Positions 8,320 through 17,724 of a stretch of 64,000 bases of DNA are shown one piece after another. The notes beneath the pieces were generated by a model, which saw only the letters and a program-made list of their open reading frames with translations, had not been told where the DNA came from and made no database searches. Each line of letters opens with the position of its first letter. Within the stretch, counting starts at the first letter, position 1. Position numbers and translations under genes: made by a program. The stretch is from an uncultured Acidobacteriota bacterium (GTDB lineage: Bacteria; Acidobacteriota; Thermoanaerobaculia; Gp7-AA8), in the NCBI GenBank assembly GCA_963822445.1, contig CAWGHO010000001.1:1312001-1376000 (forward strand). The letters are read 5' to 3'.

Positions 8320-10833
8320 ATGCGCTCTTCCCTCGTCTCCGGAATTCTTCTGGTCGCTCTGTCGCTCGTTTACGCGGGCGATACGCCGGCTCAGGCCTGT
8401 CCGAGCAAGGTCTGGTCGACAGGCCAGATCATGCCGGCAGACGAGTTCGTCTCGCGGCTGGTGACCATCGACTATGACGGCGACGACGTCCTCGATCTCG
8501 CCGGACTGATCCAGACCTCACCGGACACACTCGTCATTTGGCGCGGCCTGGGCGACGGTACGTTCAGCGCGCCGACAGTTCTCCTGACCGCCCCCTCGCC
8601 GGCGAGCGGTGCGCTCGGCGACCTTGCCACTGCCGACGTCAATGGCGACGGTCATATGGATCTGATCGTCAGCATCTGGAGTCTCCTCCGCGTATATCCC
8701 GGCAACGGCAGCGGCTTCGGTACCCCTGTCGAGCTCGACGCCAGCTACACGCTGAGAAAGTTAGTGGCCGGGAACTTCGACAGCGACCCCGCTCCGGAAG
8801 TGATTGCCACGGCGACCGGTCAGGCCCGGTTGATCATTTTCGACAACGTCGACGGGGAGCTCGCGGAAACGACGATCGTGGAGACCGCGCCCTTTCCCGG
8901 TTCGATCGCCAGCGCTGATTTCGACGGCGACGGCTTCCACGACGTGGCCGTGACTCACGGCATGAGCACTTACGAAGGAACGGTCGAGCTGTATTTCGGC
9001 GCCGCGGGAGGCACGTTCAGCGCGCCGCTGTCACTTCAGGCCGGCAGATTTTCCGCGGAGGTCTCGTCAGCGGACTTCAACGGTGACGGCCATCCCGATC
9101 TCGCCGCCTCGAGCTGGGAGGACGACAACATTACGGTTTTCCTGTACGCCGGCTCGCGACAGTTCACATCGAGCACGCTTTCGGTCGACAAGCAGCAGCA
9201 GAAGTCGGTGACCGCCGCGCTGTTGCTGACACAGGACGTGACCGGCGACGGCATTGTCGACGTCATGGCCGCGGCGATTCATTGGGGCAACTGGATCACC
9301 ACCTTCGTCGGCATGGGCGACGGCACGTTCCACTCGCCGACTTACCTCGAGCGTGGTGACGTAATCACCACATCAGCGGTCGCGGGAGACTTCGATCTCG
9401 ACGGGGACTCCGATGTGGCGATGGCTGGCTACAAGCACCTGACCATCGCCAGCGGCACGTGCGCTTCCCAGGTCGACCTCGTCCTGGAGGCTCCGCTGAT
9501 CAGTACCGGCGATGAGGCCGTGTTCCCCGTCGCGGTGTCGGGCTTCAGCAGCAGTACCCAACAGCCCTACGGCACGATCACTCTTCGGAATGGAGCGACC
9601 GACGCTGGAACGGCAGTCCTCGATGCCAGCGGCAAGGCGGTCATTGCGGTGTCGGGCCTGGGCGTCGGAGATCACACCTTTACCGCGGAATTCAGCGGAA
9701 ACGCCGATCTCGGCGCGGCGACTTCAGCGCCGGTCGTCCAGAAAGTCACGTCCGCCACAACCCAGACAGTGATCAACACGCCCGGCACTCCGCCCGTGGC
9801 CGGAACGCCCTGGAGGATCACCATCGCTATCGTCGGCGGCTACACCTATGAATGGGTCAAGCTGTCCGTCGATGGCGTCGTAACGGACCGGCGCACCGCC
9901 CAGAACATCGATCTCGATCTCAGCCCGGGCCCGCACCAGATTTTCGCGAGGTTCTCCGGCACGATCTATGACCCCGCGAGCACGTCGGAGACGCTGAACG
10001 TGATCGCCGGCAAGGCCACGCCCACCTTGACGCTGACGTCAGGTGCGGTCGTGAAGCTGGGCCAGTCCCACGCCCTGCAGTTCTCCGTAACCGGCCCGGG
10101 CGGATTACAGCCCACGGGCATGCTGCAACTCTTCTCCGGCAACACCCTGCTCGGTTCCGGCACTGTAGGAAGCGTCATCAACGTGACGCTATCGCCCGGC
10201 GCACACAGCGTCCGCGCCGAGTACGGTGGCGACGCGAACTTCAATCCGGCCACTCTCGATCTGACGCTCCAGACCGGTCCGAATCAGCCGCTGGCAATCG
10301 AGGCGCGGTCACTCGCCTCGGCAATTCAGATCGCCTTCGTTTTGCCGTCCGGGACATCCGCGTACGAGCTCAATCGACGGCCGGCCGGAACGACCTCCTG
10401 GCAGCGGCTGGGGTCATGGGACAAAACGACGGGCCTGGATGCCTTCGCGCTGGTGCGCGGCGTCGTTTACGAATATCAGCTCGAAGCCACGGTCGATGGA
10501 GCCACGATGCTCTCGAACATCGACGGCGCGCTGCTTTTCACCGATGACCCGCTGATCGCGCAGGCCACGACCGTGAAGCGCGCGCATTTCACGGAAGTTC
10601 ACGACGCCATCAATGTGATGCGGACCGCCGCGGGGCTGCCTGCTTTCGCATTCCACGCTTCGTTCACGAGCGATTCGATCATTCGAGCCTCACACGTTGC
10701 CGCTCTGCGCACGGCCCTTTCCGAAGCATGCAGCGCGATGGGGTTGAGCGCACCGACGTTCACGCATGCGGTCAGCGCGGGAACCGGCATCCGCGCTACG
10801 GACATGGAAGAGCTTCGAAACGCGTCACGCTGA
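8320..10833 (+). CDS. secreted FG-GAP repeat protein with Ig-like domains and conserved C-terminal repeat domain
   Basis: Signal peptide MRSSLVSGILLVALSLVYA; FG-GAP repeats; AEFSGN and AEYGGDANF Ig-like motifs. Confidence 0.88.
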   Translation: MRSSLVSGILLVALSLVYAGDTPAQACPSKVWSTGQIMPADEFVSRLVTIDYDGDDVLDLAGLIQTSPDTLVIWRGLGDGTFSAPTVLLTAPSPASGALGDLATADVNGDGHMDLIVSIWSLLRVYPGNGSGFGTPVELDASYTLRKLVAGNFDSDPAPEVIATATGQARLIIFDNVDGELAETTIVETAPFPGSIASADFDGDGFHDVAVTHGMSTYEGTVELYFGAAGGTFSAPLSLQAGRFSAEVSSADFNGDGHPDLAASSWEDDNITVFLYAGSRQFTSSTLSVDKQQQKSVTAALLLTQDVTGDGIVDVMAAAIHWGNWITTFVGMGDGTFHSPTYLERGDVITTSAVAGDFDLDGDSDVAMAGYKHLTIASGTCASQVDLVLEAPLISTGDEAVFPVAVSGFSSSTQQPYGTITLRNGATDAGTAVLDASGKAVIAVSGLGVGDHTFTAEFSGNADLGAATSAPVVQKVTSATTQTVINTPGTPPVAGTPWRITIAIVGGYTYEWVKLSVDGVVTDRRTAQNIDLDLSPGPHQIFARFSGTIYDPASTSETLNVIAGKATPTLTLTSGAVVKLGQSHALQFSVTGPGGLQPTGMLQLFSGNTLLGSGTVGSVINVTLSPGAHSVRAEYGGDANFNPATLDLTLQTGPNQPLAIEARSLASAIQIAFVLPSGTSAYELNRRPAGTTSWQRLGSWDKTTGLDAFALVRGVVYEYQLEATVDGATMLSNIDGALLFTDDPLIAQATTVKRAHFTEVHDAINVMRTAAGLPAFAFHASFTSDSIIRASHVAALRTALSEACSAMGLSAPTFTHAVSAGTGIRATDMEELRNASR

Positions 10834-10869
10834 ACCTTTTGCATACAATCGTTTCAATACGGAGGAATC

Positions 10870-11424
10870 ATGCGCAAAACAATTCTCGCCGCGGCTCTGC
10901 TCGCCGCCGCAACGACAGCCGGTGCGGCCACCGTCGCCGGCGTCAAAGTCGACGACAGCATCACCGTCAACAACCAGAAGCTCGTGCTCAACGGCGCCGC
11001 CCTGCGGAAGAAGTTCGTGGTCAAGGTTTACGTCGGCTCGCTCTATCTGCCGTCCAAACAGACCAGCGCCGCGTCGATCCTCGCCGCCGACACCCCGCGC
11101 CGCCAGGTGATGCATTTCCTCTACGACGTGGACAAGGGAAAGATGGCCGAGGCCTGGAGCGAGGGGCTGGCGGACAACACGCCCAATGCGTCGCCGGAAG
11201 TGAAGACCGCGTTCAAGACGCTCTCCTCCTGGATGGAAGACATGAAGGAAGGGCAGTCCATCGTCCTCACCTACGTCCCCGGAATCGGCACGACCGTCGA
11301 AGTGGCCGGCAAGAACAAAGGCACCCTCGGCGGCAAGGCCGTGGCCGACGCAATCCTGAACACCTGGGTCGGGCCGAAGCCGGGACCGGGCGGGGATTTC
11401 AAAAAAGGCGTGCTCGGGCAATAA
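10870..11424 (+). CDS. chalcone isomerase-like periplasmic protein
   Basis: LVLNGAALRKKFVVKVYVGSLYL signature; signal peptide; GGAGG RBS and TACAAT upstream. Confidence 0.9.
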   Translation: MRKTILAAALLAAATTAGAATVAGVKVDDSITVNNQKLVLNGAALRKKFVVKVYVGSLYLPSKQTSAASILAADTPRRQVMHFLYDVDKGKMAEAWSEGLADNTPNASPEVKTAFKTLSSWMEDMKEGQSIVLTYVPGIGTTVEVAGKNKGTLGGKAVADAILNTWVGPKPGPGGDFKKGVLGQ

Positions 11425-11451
11425 TTACGCAGCTTCCCCCAAGGTCCGATC

Positions 11452-13968
11452 CTGCGAATCCCGTTTCCGGTACTCCTGCTCGCCGTCCTTCTCGCGTTCA
11501 CGCCCGCGGCGTCGGCGGTGTGTCCGAGCGTCATCTGGCCTCAGGGTCAGCAGCTGACGACCGACCGCTGGGTCCAGCAGCTGGTTGCGCTCGACACGAA
11601 CAACGACGGCAAGCTCGATCTCGCCGGTGTTTACGTTGAGGAGTCTTCGAACGCGTACAGCATCGTGGTCTGGCTGGGAGCCGGTGACGGAACGTTCGGC
11701 GCGCCGACGGTCCTGTACGTGGCCACCGGCTGGTTGCCCAATCTTGCGACGGCGGACGTGAACGGCGACGGATACGCGGATCTCGTCACCACCGAGGGAA
11801 GCTCGCTGCTCGTTTTCCGAGGCACGGGCAGCGGTTTCGCCGCGCCGCTGACGACCTCCCTCAGCGCAACGGTGCAGCAGATCCACGTCGGTAATTTCGA
11901 CGCCGACAGCGCCCCCGAGCTGGTGGCGTCAGCGCCCAGCGCCGGTTACTTCATCGTGTTCGACAACGTCGACGGTTCGTTCGTCGAAAAAACGACTGTC
12001 AATACGGGCCTCTTTCCCCAGTCGATCGTCAGCGCGGAGCTGAACGGCGACACGATCCACGACATCGCCGTGATCAAACAGCCGGGAACCGTCCCCAGCA
12101 CCATCGAGGTGTACGCCGGCGGCGCGAGCTACACGTACACACACACGCACAGTCTTCCCGTCGGCACCTATGCATTCGAGCTCCGCGCCGCCGATTTCAA
12201 TGGCGACGGATTGTCCGACCTGGTCGCCGCCAACTGGGAGGAAGGGACGGCCATCGTGTACCGGCGCAGCGGTTCCGATTACACGTCGACGACGCTCGAG
12301 ACCGACATCCCCCGCCGCGACGGCAACGCTCGCCGAATGCTGGTCGAGGACCTTTCCGGCGATGGCATCCCCGACCTCGCCGTGGCCGCGGAAAACGGCG
12401 GTTACCTGACGACGTTCACCGGTGTCGGTGACGGCACCTTTCGTTCGCCGTCGTACGCGTTCGGCGTCGATTACTTCGACACCCTTCAGTTCAGCTCGAT
12501 GGCCACGGGAGATTTCGACGGCGACGGCGATCTCGATCTGGCCGGCGGTGGACTGAGCACCCTCACCATCGCCTCGGCCACCTGCGCGACCCACGTGCAG
12601 CTGACCCCGCATTCGCCGATGATCTCGGCAGGCCAGACGGCGAAGTTGCACATCAACGTCTCCGGATTCGGCACGACCACGTCCCAGCCGTACGGCACGA
12701 TCACGCTGCACCACGGCGACGTGGTCGCCGGCACGTCTCCTGTCGATGCGACCGGTTACGCGACGATCTCCGTGTCCGGCCTGACGAACGGCGCCGCCTT
12801 TACCGCAGAGTTCAGCGGGAACAGCGACGTACCACCGGCCACCTCGGAGATGGTGGCAGTGAGCGTCACGAACCTGACCACGCAGACGACGATCAACACA
12901 CCTCCCACGCCGCCGGTCTACGGAACGGACTGGCCGGTGACCGTCGCGGTAACTGGCGCCAACTACGAGGGCACCACCGAATACATTCTGCTGAAGGTCG
13001 ATGGCGTGGCCACGCGGTACTTCACCGGCCAGACCATCAACCTGCGTCTCTCGCCCGGACAGCACACGATCGTGGCCGAATTCGAAGGTAGCTACCTGAG
13101 GCCACCGAGCACGTCGGAAACTCTGCTCGTCACCGCCGTCAAGGCTTCACCGACCGTCACGCTGGTCAGTGGCGCGACGACTGTGCGCGCCGGGCAAACG
13201 CACTCGCTCGCGTTTTCGGTAAATGGCCCCGCGGGGATGACTGGCACTCTGAGCCTCTTCGAGGGCAACACGCTGCTCACGTCCGGACCGGTGGGCGGTA
13301 CAGGCGCGGCGAATCTGCAGACGACACTGGCGCGCGGCAGCCACAACGTGCGCGCGGTCTACTCGGGCGACGCGAACTTCAACAGTGCCACGCTCGACTT
13401 CACCCTGCACGTCGTTCCCGACACGCCGCTGTGGATCGACGCCCGCGCGCTGGCCTCGAACGTCCAGATCGTTTACGTGCTGCCGGAGGGAGCGTCGGTG
13501 AGCCAGCTCTATCGCCGCGAGGGCGCGGGCGCCTGGGCGCCGGTTGCGTTCGATCCGGACAGCGGCATCGATCCGGCGGTTCTTCAACGCGGCGTCGTTT
13601 ACGAGTATTACCTCGCGGTCAATCTTTCCGGCGGCGGCGTTCAAACGTCGAACATCGACGGCGCATTGCTCTTCACCGATGATCCGCTGGTCGTGCTGGC
13701 CACCACGGTCAAGCGCGCGCATTTCACCGAGCTCCGCGACGCCATCAATCTGATGCGCACCGCCGCGGGACTGCCGGCCTTCGAGTTCGACGCGGCGTTT
13801 ACGAACGACTCGATCATCCGCGCATCACACATGACCGGACTGCGCACCGCGGTTTCCGAGGCGCGCAGCGCACTGGGGATGAGCGCGGCGACGTTCACGC
13901 ATGCGATCGCGGCGGGAGCGATCATTCGGGCGACGGACATCGAAGAGCTGCGGAACGCGTCACGCTGA
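11452..13968 (+). CDS. secreted FG-GAP repeat protein, paralogue of 8320..10833 (probable CTG start)
   Basis: ORF track starts at 11518, but an in-frame signal peptide (L)RIPFPVLLLAVLLAFTPAASA lies upstream; colinear with the 8320 paralogue. Confidence 0.85.
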   Translation: MRIPFPVLLLAVLLAFTPAASAVCPSVIWPQGQQLTTDRWVQQLVALDTNNDGKLDLAGVYVEESSNAYSIVVWLGAGDGTFGAPTVLYVATGWLPNLATADVNGDGYADLVTTEGSSLLVFRGTGSGFAAPLTTSLSATVQQIHVGNFDADSAPELVASAPSAGYFIVFDNVDGSFVEKTTVNTGLFPQSIVSAELNGDTIHDIAVIKQPGTVPSTIEVYAGGASYTYTHTHSLPVGTYAFELRAADFNGDGLSDLVAANWEEGTAIVYRRSGSDYTSTTLETDIPRRDGNARRMLVEDLSGDGIPDLAVAAENGGYLTTFTGVGDGTFRSPSYAFGVDYFDTLQFSSMATGDFDGDGDLDLAGGGLSTLTIASATCATHVQLTPHSPMISAGQTAKLHINVSGFGTTTSQPYGTITLHHGDVVAGTSPVDATGYATISVSGLTNGAAFTAEFSGNSDVPPATSEMVAVSVTNLTTQTTINTPPTPPVYGTDWPVTVAVTGANYEGTTEYILLKVDGVATRYFTGQTINLRLSPGQHTIVAEFEGSYLRPPSTSETLLVTAVKASPTVTLVSGATTVRAGQTHSLAFSVNGPAGMTGTLSLFEGNTLLTSGPVGGTGAANLQTTLARGSHNVRAVYSGDANFNSATLDFTLHVVPDTPLWIDARALASNVQIVYVLPEGASVSQLYRREGAGAWAPVAFDPDSGIDPAVLQRGVVYEYYLAVNLSGGGVQTSNIDGALLFTDDPLVVLATTVKRAHFTELRDAINLMRTAAGLPAFEFDAAFTNDSIIRASHMTGLRTAVSEARSALGMSAATFTHAIAAGAIIRATDIEELRNASR

Positions 13969-14694
13969 CGCGGGCCGGGCCACGAAGAACAGCTTCACCG
14001 TTCGCGCTTCGATCTCCTCGCCATACGGATCGAAATCGATCACATCCACCGGAACGAGTTGCGCCGCGGCGAGCGCGGAGATGATCTCTTTCTCGCTGTA
14101 GGCGCGCTGCCGGTGCTGCTCGCGGATCTCGACTTTCTTCCCGTCGACCACCGCCCACCCGCGCACCATCGCTTTCCCGATCCGTTCGCGCTTCCGGAAA
14201 GTCGTGGCGATCTCGAGGTGGTAATCCGCGCCGGTCGATTCGAACGGCTCGGCAATGCCCCAGACCTCGGGATAGATCTCGGGATGGTTCATGTCGAAGA
14301 GCAGCAGCGAGTCCTCGCTCATCACCCGGCGGATGGACCTGAACGCGGCCGTGAGCTCCTCCGCCTCGAGAAGATGATTGAGGCTGTCGTACAGACAGGT
14401 CACCCGCGCGAACTTGCCGCGAAACGGCAGGTCGCGCATGTCCGCGGCCACGACGCGGCCGCTCGTGCGCGACAGCATGTCCATCGACGCGTCGATGCCC
14501 GTCGACTTCCAGCCTCGCTCGCGAAAGTGCTGGAGCACGAGGCCCGTGCCGCAGGCCACGTCGAGATGCGTGCGCTTCGGCGTCGGATACTTCTCCAGCG
14601 TCTCGTCGAGCAAGGTGCGGACGGCCTTGAAGAAACGGTCGCCGAGGGCTCGATCGTAGGCGTAGGCGAAGGCGCCGTAAGCCTCACTGTCCAC
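13960..14694 (-). CDS. class I SAM-dependent methyltransferase
   Basis: HLDVACGTG, ADMRDL and CLYDSLNHL motifs. Confidence 0.88.
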   Translation of the reverse strand: MDSEAYGAFAYAYDRALGDRFFKAVRTLLDETLEKYPTPKRTHLDVACGTGLVLQHFRERGWKSTGIDASMDMLSRTSGRVVAADMRDLPFRGKFARVTCLYDSLNHLLEAEELTAAFRSIRRVMSEDSLLLFDMNHPEIYPEVWGIAEPFESTGADYHLEIATTFRKRERIGKAMVRGWAVVDGKKVEIREQHRQRAYSEKEIISALAAAQLVPVDVIDFDPYGEEIEARTVKLFFVARPASA

Positions 14695-16834
14695 TGTTGA
14701 CGTACGCGATTGCGCGCTCGAGGACTTCATCCTTCCCTTCGCGGATTCCCTTGATCGTCGGCTCGACGCGCACGTCGGGAACGAGACCGATCCGCTGCAA
14801 CTGCCGTCCGTCGGCGTGGCGAACGTCGTGCCCGGTGAAGCCGACCGTGATACCGCCGGGCAGCGGGAAGTTGGTGACGTCGCCGTTCGCTCCGGCGCTG
14901 TTCGATCCGATGAACTTCGTTCCGTTGGCGGCTTCGAAGAACAGGCCGGTGTGCTCGGACTGGCTGATGGCCCGGTCGTCGATGAGCATGACCGTCCTGC
15001 CCTGATACACCGGTTTGTCCGATTTCGGCAGCTGCTGTTCGAAGAAGAAGCCGCTCGACCCTTCCGGATCTCCGGGCAGCTGCGCGCGGCGGAACGCTGC
15101 GCCGACCTTCGCTTTCTTCGTGTTGATGCGCGGCGCGATCGGCCACGCCGTGCCGCGCGGATACCCGCGCATGTCGAAAATGATCGCTTTGGTCTGCATC
15201 AGCGCGTCGAACATCGCGTCGACCTGCATCGGCGTCAGGCGGACCATGTCGACGTAGCCGATGTTGCCGTCGAGGACGCGATACGGCGGCGTCTTCGGTT
15301 CCGGCGGCGGAACGTACACGGCGACGCGCGGCACATTGAGGATGCGCGTCGATCCATCGGCGTTGCGCACGCCGATGCTGGCGATCGAATCCTTGGCCCC
15401 GCGCATGGCCGCGGCGATGACGCTGTTTCGCCGCGCGGCGTCGGTCGAGGCGGTTCGATACTTCCAGAAGCGCTGCACGCGCTGCTCGGCCGGTTCGCCA
15501 TCGACGCTCACGATCACGTCGCCGACTTCCAGCGGCGTGCCTTCGGGAAAGTTGCCGCGCTTTTCCGTGACGACGTATTGCCCTTCGACGTAACGGACGT
15601 TCGCGGGGAAGGTCCATTCGCCGAAGAACTGGTCGATCGCGCGGTGGCCTCGCGCGCCGGAGTGGCCGTCTTCGATTCTCGCGACCACTTCCAGCACCGC
15701 GGAGGCGTACTGGGTCTCGTCTTTCGCCGATTCGAAACGGGGGATGAACTCGCGCAGCACGGCGTCCCAGTCGCCGATCAGCGCCTTGTACGGATAGAAC
15801 CGGTCGATGATGCTCCAGAGCCGGAACAACGCCAGCAGGCGGTGCGGGAGATCGGGATAAAGCATCTCCGGATAGGTCTTCTCCGGTGTCGCGCGCGGCG
15901 TGAAACTGTCTCCCGAAAGCGGAGGCCGCGCCGCGAACGGTGCGTTCGACCGGGCGATCTCGATCGCTTTCTTCAACGGATCGGCGCTCACCGCGTCTGC
16001 GGCCAGGCCGCTCGCCGCGAGCTGAGACGAGCGGATCAGCGCGACGTGCGAACTACTGAGCTCGATCTCGTCCGTCCCGCCGACCGATTCCGCGGAGACG
16101 GGCTTCTCCGAGACGATCGCCGCGTTGCCGCTCCACCACATCGCCGCGGCGGTCAGCGGAATGATGTCGCGCGTCACGAAAACGATTCGCGGCGCCGGTG
16201 TCACGGACGGCGGCTGCGGTCGAACGGCAATCCCGCCGCTGAGTGCCGTCAGCACACCGGAGTAGTAACCGCCGGACGTCGAGCCCTGCTGCGGCGCATA
16301 CCCGGAGTGATAAACGTTTCGCACCGGCAGCGGCGGTACGTTCTCGCGCACGAGGCCGGGAATGTACCCGAGCACCCAGGCGACCTTCTCCCCGCCTTTC
16401 GTGCGGAGATCGATGACGATCGCCTTCGCCGTCGGGACTTCCTTGAGCAGCTTTTCATCGACCGGCCAGATGGCGTCTTCGCCGTTGGCGTCGACGAAGG
16501 GTCCGAGGTTGACGACGAGCGTGTCGCCGTCCCGCCGGAAGAGTTTCACGTCCGATGCGCCGGACGGCTTGGCGGTCTTTTCCACGACGCGCGTCGACGG
16601 ATCACCGAGCTCGGCCAGCATCTGTCCGATCGCCTTCGCAACCTCGGCATCATTCTTCGCGGCGCGTGCGTTCGGGATGGCCCGGACCAGCGCGCCGTCC
16701 CAATCGAGCTCGCGCTGCATCGTGTACGGGTGGCCGAACTTCACGGCCGACCACACCTCGGCGAGCTTCACTAATCCATCCTGCGCTGCGATCGGAAGAG
16801 CGATCCCCAAAACCAGCAGCAGCCGCATCACCAC
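14684..16834 (-). CDS. S41 family peptidase with PDZ domain
   Basis: IIFDMRGYP, AISQSEH, GSNSAGANGD, GLVPDV motifs; signal peptide. Confidence 0.9.
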   Translation of the reverse strand: MVMRLLLVLGIALPIAAQDGLVKLAEVWSAVKFGHPYTMQRELDWDGALVRAIPNARAAKNDAEVAKAIGQMLAELGDPSTRVVEKTAKPSGASDVKLFRRDGDTLVVNLGPFVDANGEDAIWPVDEKLLKEVPTAKAIVIDLRTKGGEKVAWVLGYIPGLVRENVPPLPVRNVYHSGYAPQQGSTSGGYYSGVLTALSGGIAVRPQPPSVTPAPRIVFVTRDIIPLTAAAMWWSGNAAIVSEKPVSAESVGGTDEIELSSSHVALIRSSQLAASGLAADAVSADPLKKAIEIARSNAPFAARPPLSGDSFTPRATPEKTYPEMLYPDLPHRLLALFRLWSIIDRFYPYKALIGDWDAVLREFIPRFESAKDETQYASAVLEVVARIEDGHSGARGHRAIDQFFGEWTFPANVRYVEGQYVVTEKRGNFPEGTPLEVGDVIVSVDGEPAEQRVQRFWKYRTASTDAARRNSVIAAAMRGAKDSIASIGVRNADGSTRILNVPRVAVYVPPPEPKTPPYRVLDGNIGYVDMVRLTPMQVDAMFDALMQTKAIIFDMRGYPRGTAWPIAPRINTKKAKVGAAFRRAQLPGDPEGSSGFFFEQQLPKSDKPVYQGRTVMLIDDRAISQSEHTGLFFEAANGTKFIGSNSAGANGDVTNFPLPGGITVGFTGHDVRHADGRQLQRIGLVPDVRVEPTIKGIREGKDEVLERAIAYVNSGQ

Positions 16835-17672
16835 TTGAAGAAGCCCTCGCCGGTTTTCTTGCCCAGCTTCCCCTGCGCGACCATGTCCCGCAGCAATTGC
16901 GGCGGCTCGAAGCGCGGTCCGATGGTGGAAGCGAGGTATTCGGCGATGCCGAGGCGGACGTCGAGGCCGACCAGGTCCGTCAGCCGCAACGGTCCCATGG
17001 GATGGTTGTACCCGAGCTCCATGGCCCGATCGATGTCCTCCGCCGAACCGACGTTCTCTTCGAGCATGCGGATGGCCTCGAGACCGATGGCGACGCCGAG
17101 GCGGGAGGTGGCGAAGCCGGGGCTGTCGCGGACGATGATCGCGGTCTTGCCCATCTTCTCCGCGACCTCACGGATCTGATCGATGGTCTCGGTCGACGTG
17201 CGGTCGCCGCGCACGATCTCGATCAGCTTCATCAGATGCGGGGGATTGAAGAAGTGCATGCCGACGAAGCGATCGCGGCGCTCGACGTGCGACGCGAGCT
17301 TGGTGATGGAGAGCGAAGATGTGTTCGAGGCGATGATCGTCTCGACGCCGCAGAACAGATCGGCCTGCGAGAAGAGCTCGATCTTCAACTCGAAATTCTC
17401 GGGAATCGCTTCGATGATCAGATCCGCGCCGCTGACCGCGGGCTCGAGATCGGACACGAATGCAGCCGTCCCAAAGCCTCGTCCGCGTCGCTCTGGGTGA
17501 GCTTGTTCTTCTCGACGCCCTTGCGGAGCATCGAGTCGATGGACGCCTTCGCGGCCTCGAGCGCGGAGGCCTCCGCGTCGTGAAGAACGGCCTCGTAGCC
17601 GGCGACCGCGGCGAGGTAAGCGATGCCGCGGCCCATGGTGCCGCTGCCGATGACGGAGAGCTGGCGAATCAT
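16828..17672 (-). CDS. 3-hydroxyacyl-CoA dehydrogenase (frameshift near 17460)
   Basis: GSGTMGRGIA in ORF 17418..17672; IEAIPE, SNTSSL, GMHFFNP and GKLGKKTGEGF in ORF 16828..17457. Confidence 0.85.
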
Positions 17673-17692
17673 GCGGCGAAGTTTACCGCGCG

Positions 17693-17719
17693 GTGTGGTG
17701 CAGGCGTCCCGCCTGCCTC
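17693..17719. repeat. single REP-like palindrome
   Basis: GTGG-T-GCAGGC-GTCCC-GCCTGC; same architecture as the other copies. Confidence 0.65.
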
Positions 17720-17724
17720 TGTCG

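Noticed and set aside
10870-13968. Stop read-through fusion of the chalcone isomerase-like and FG-GAP genes (same frame, single TAA)
   Set aside because: The downstream gene has its own signal peptide and its paralogue is standalone. Sharing a frame is a one-in-three chance.
16828-17672. Programmed frameshift in the hydroxyacyl-CoA dehydrogenase
   Set aside because: No slippery heptamer at the junction; an assembly indel is simpler.
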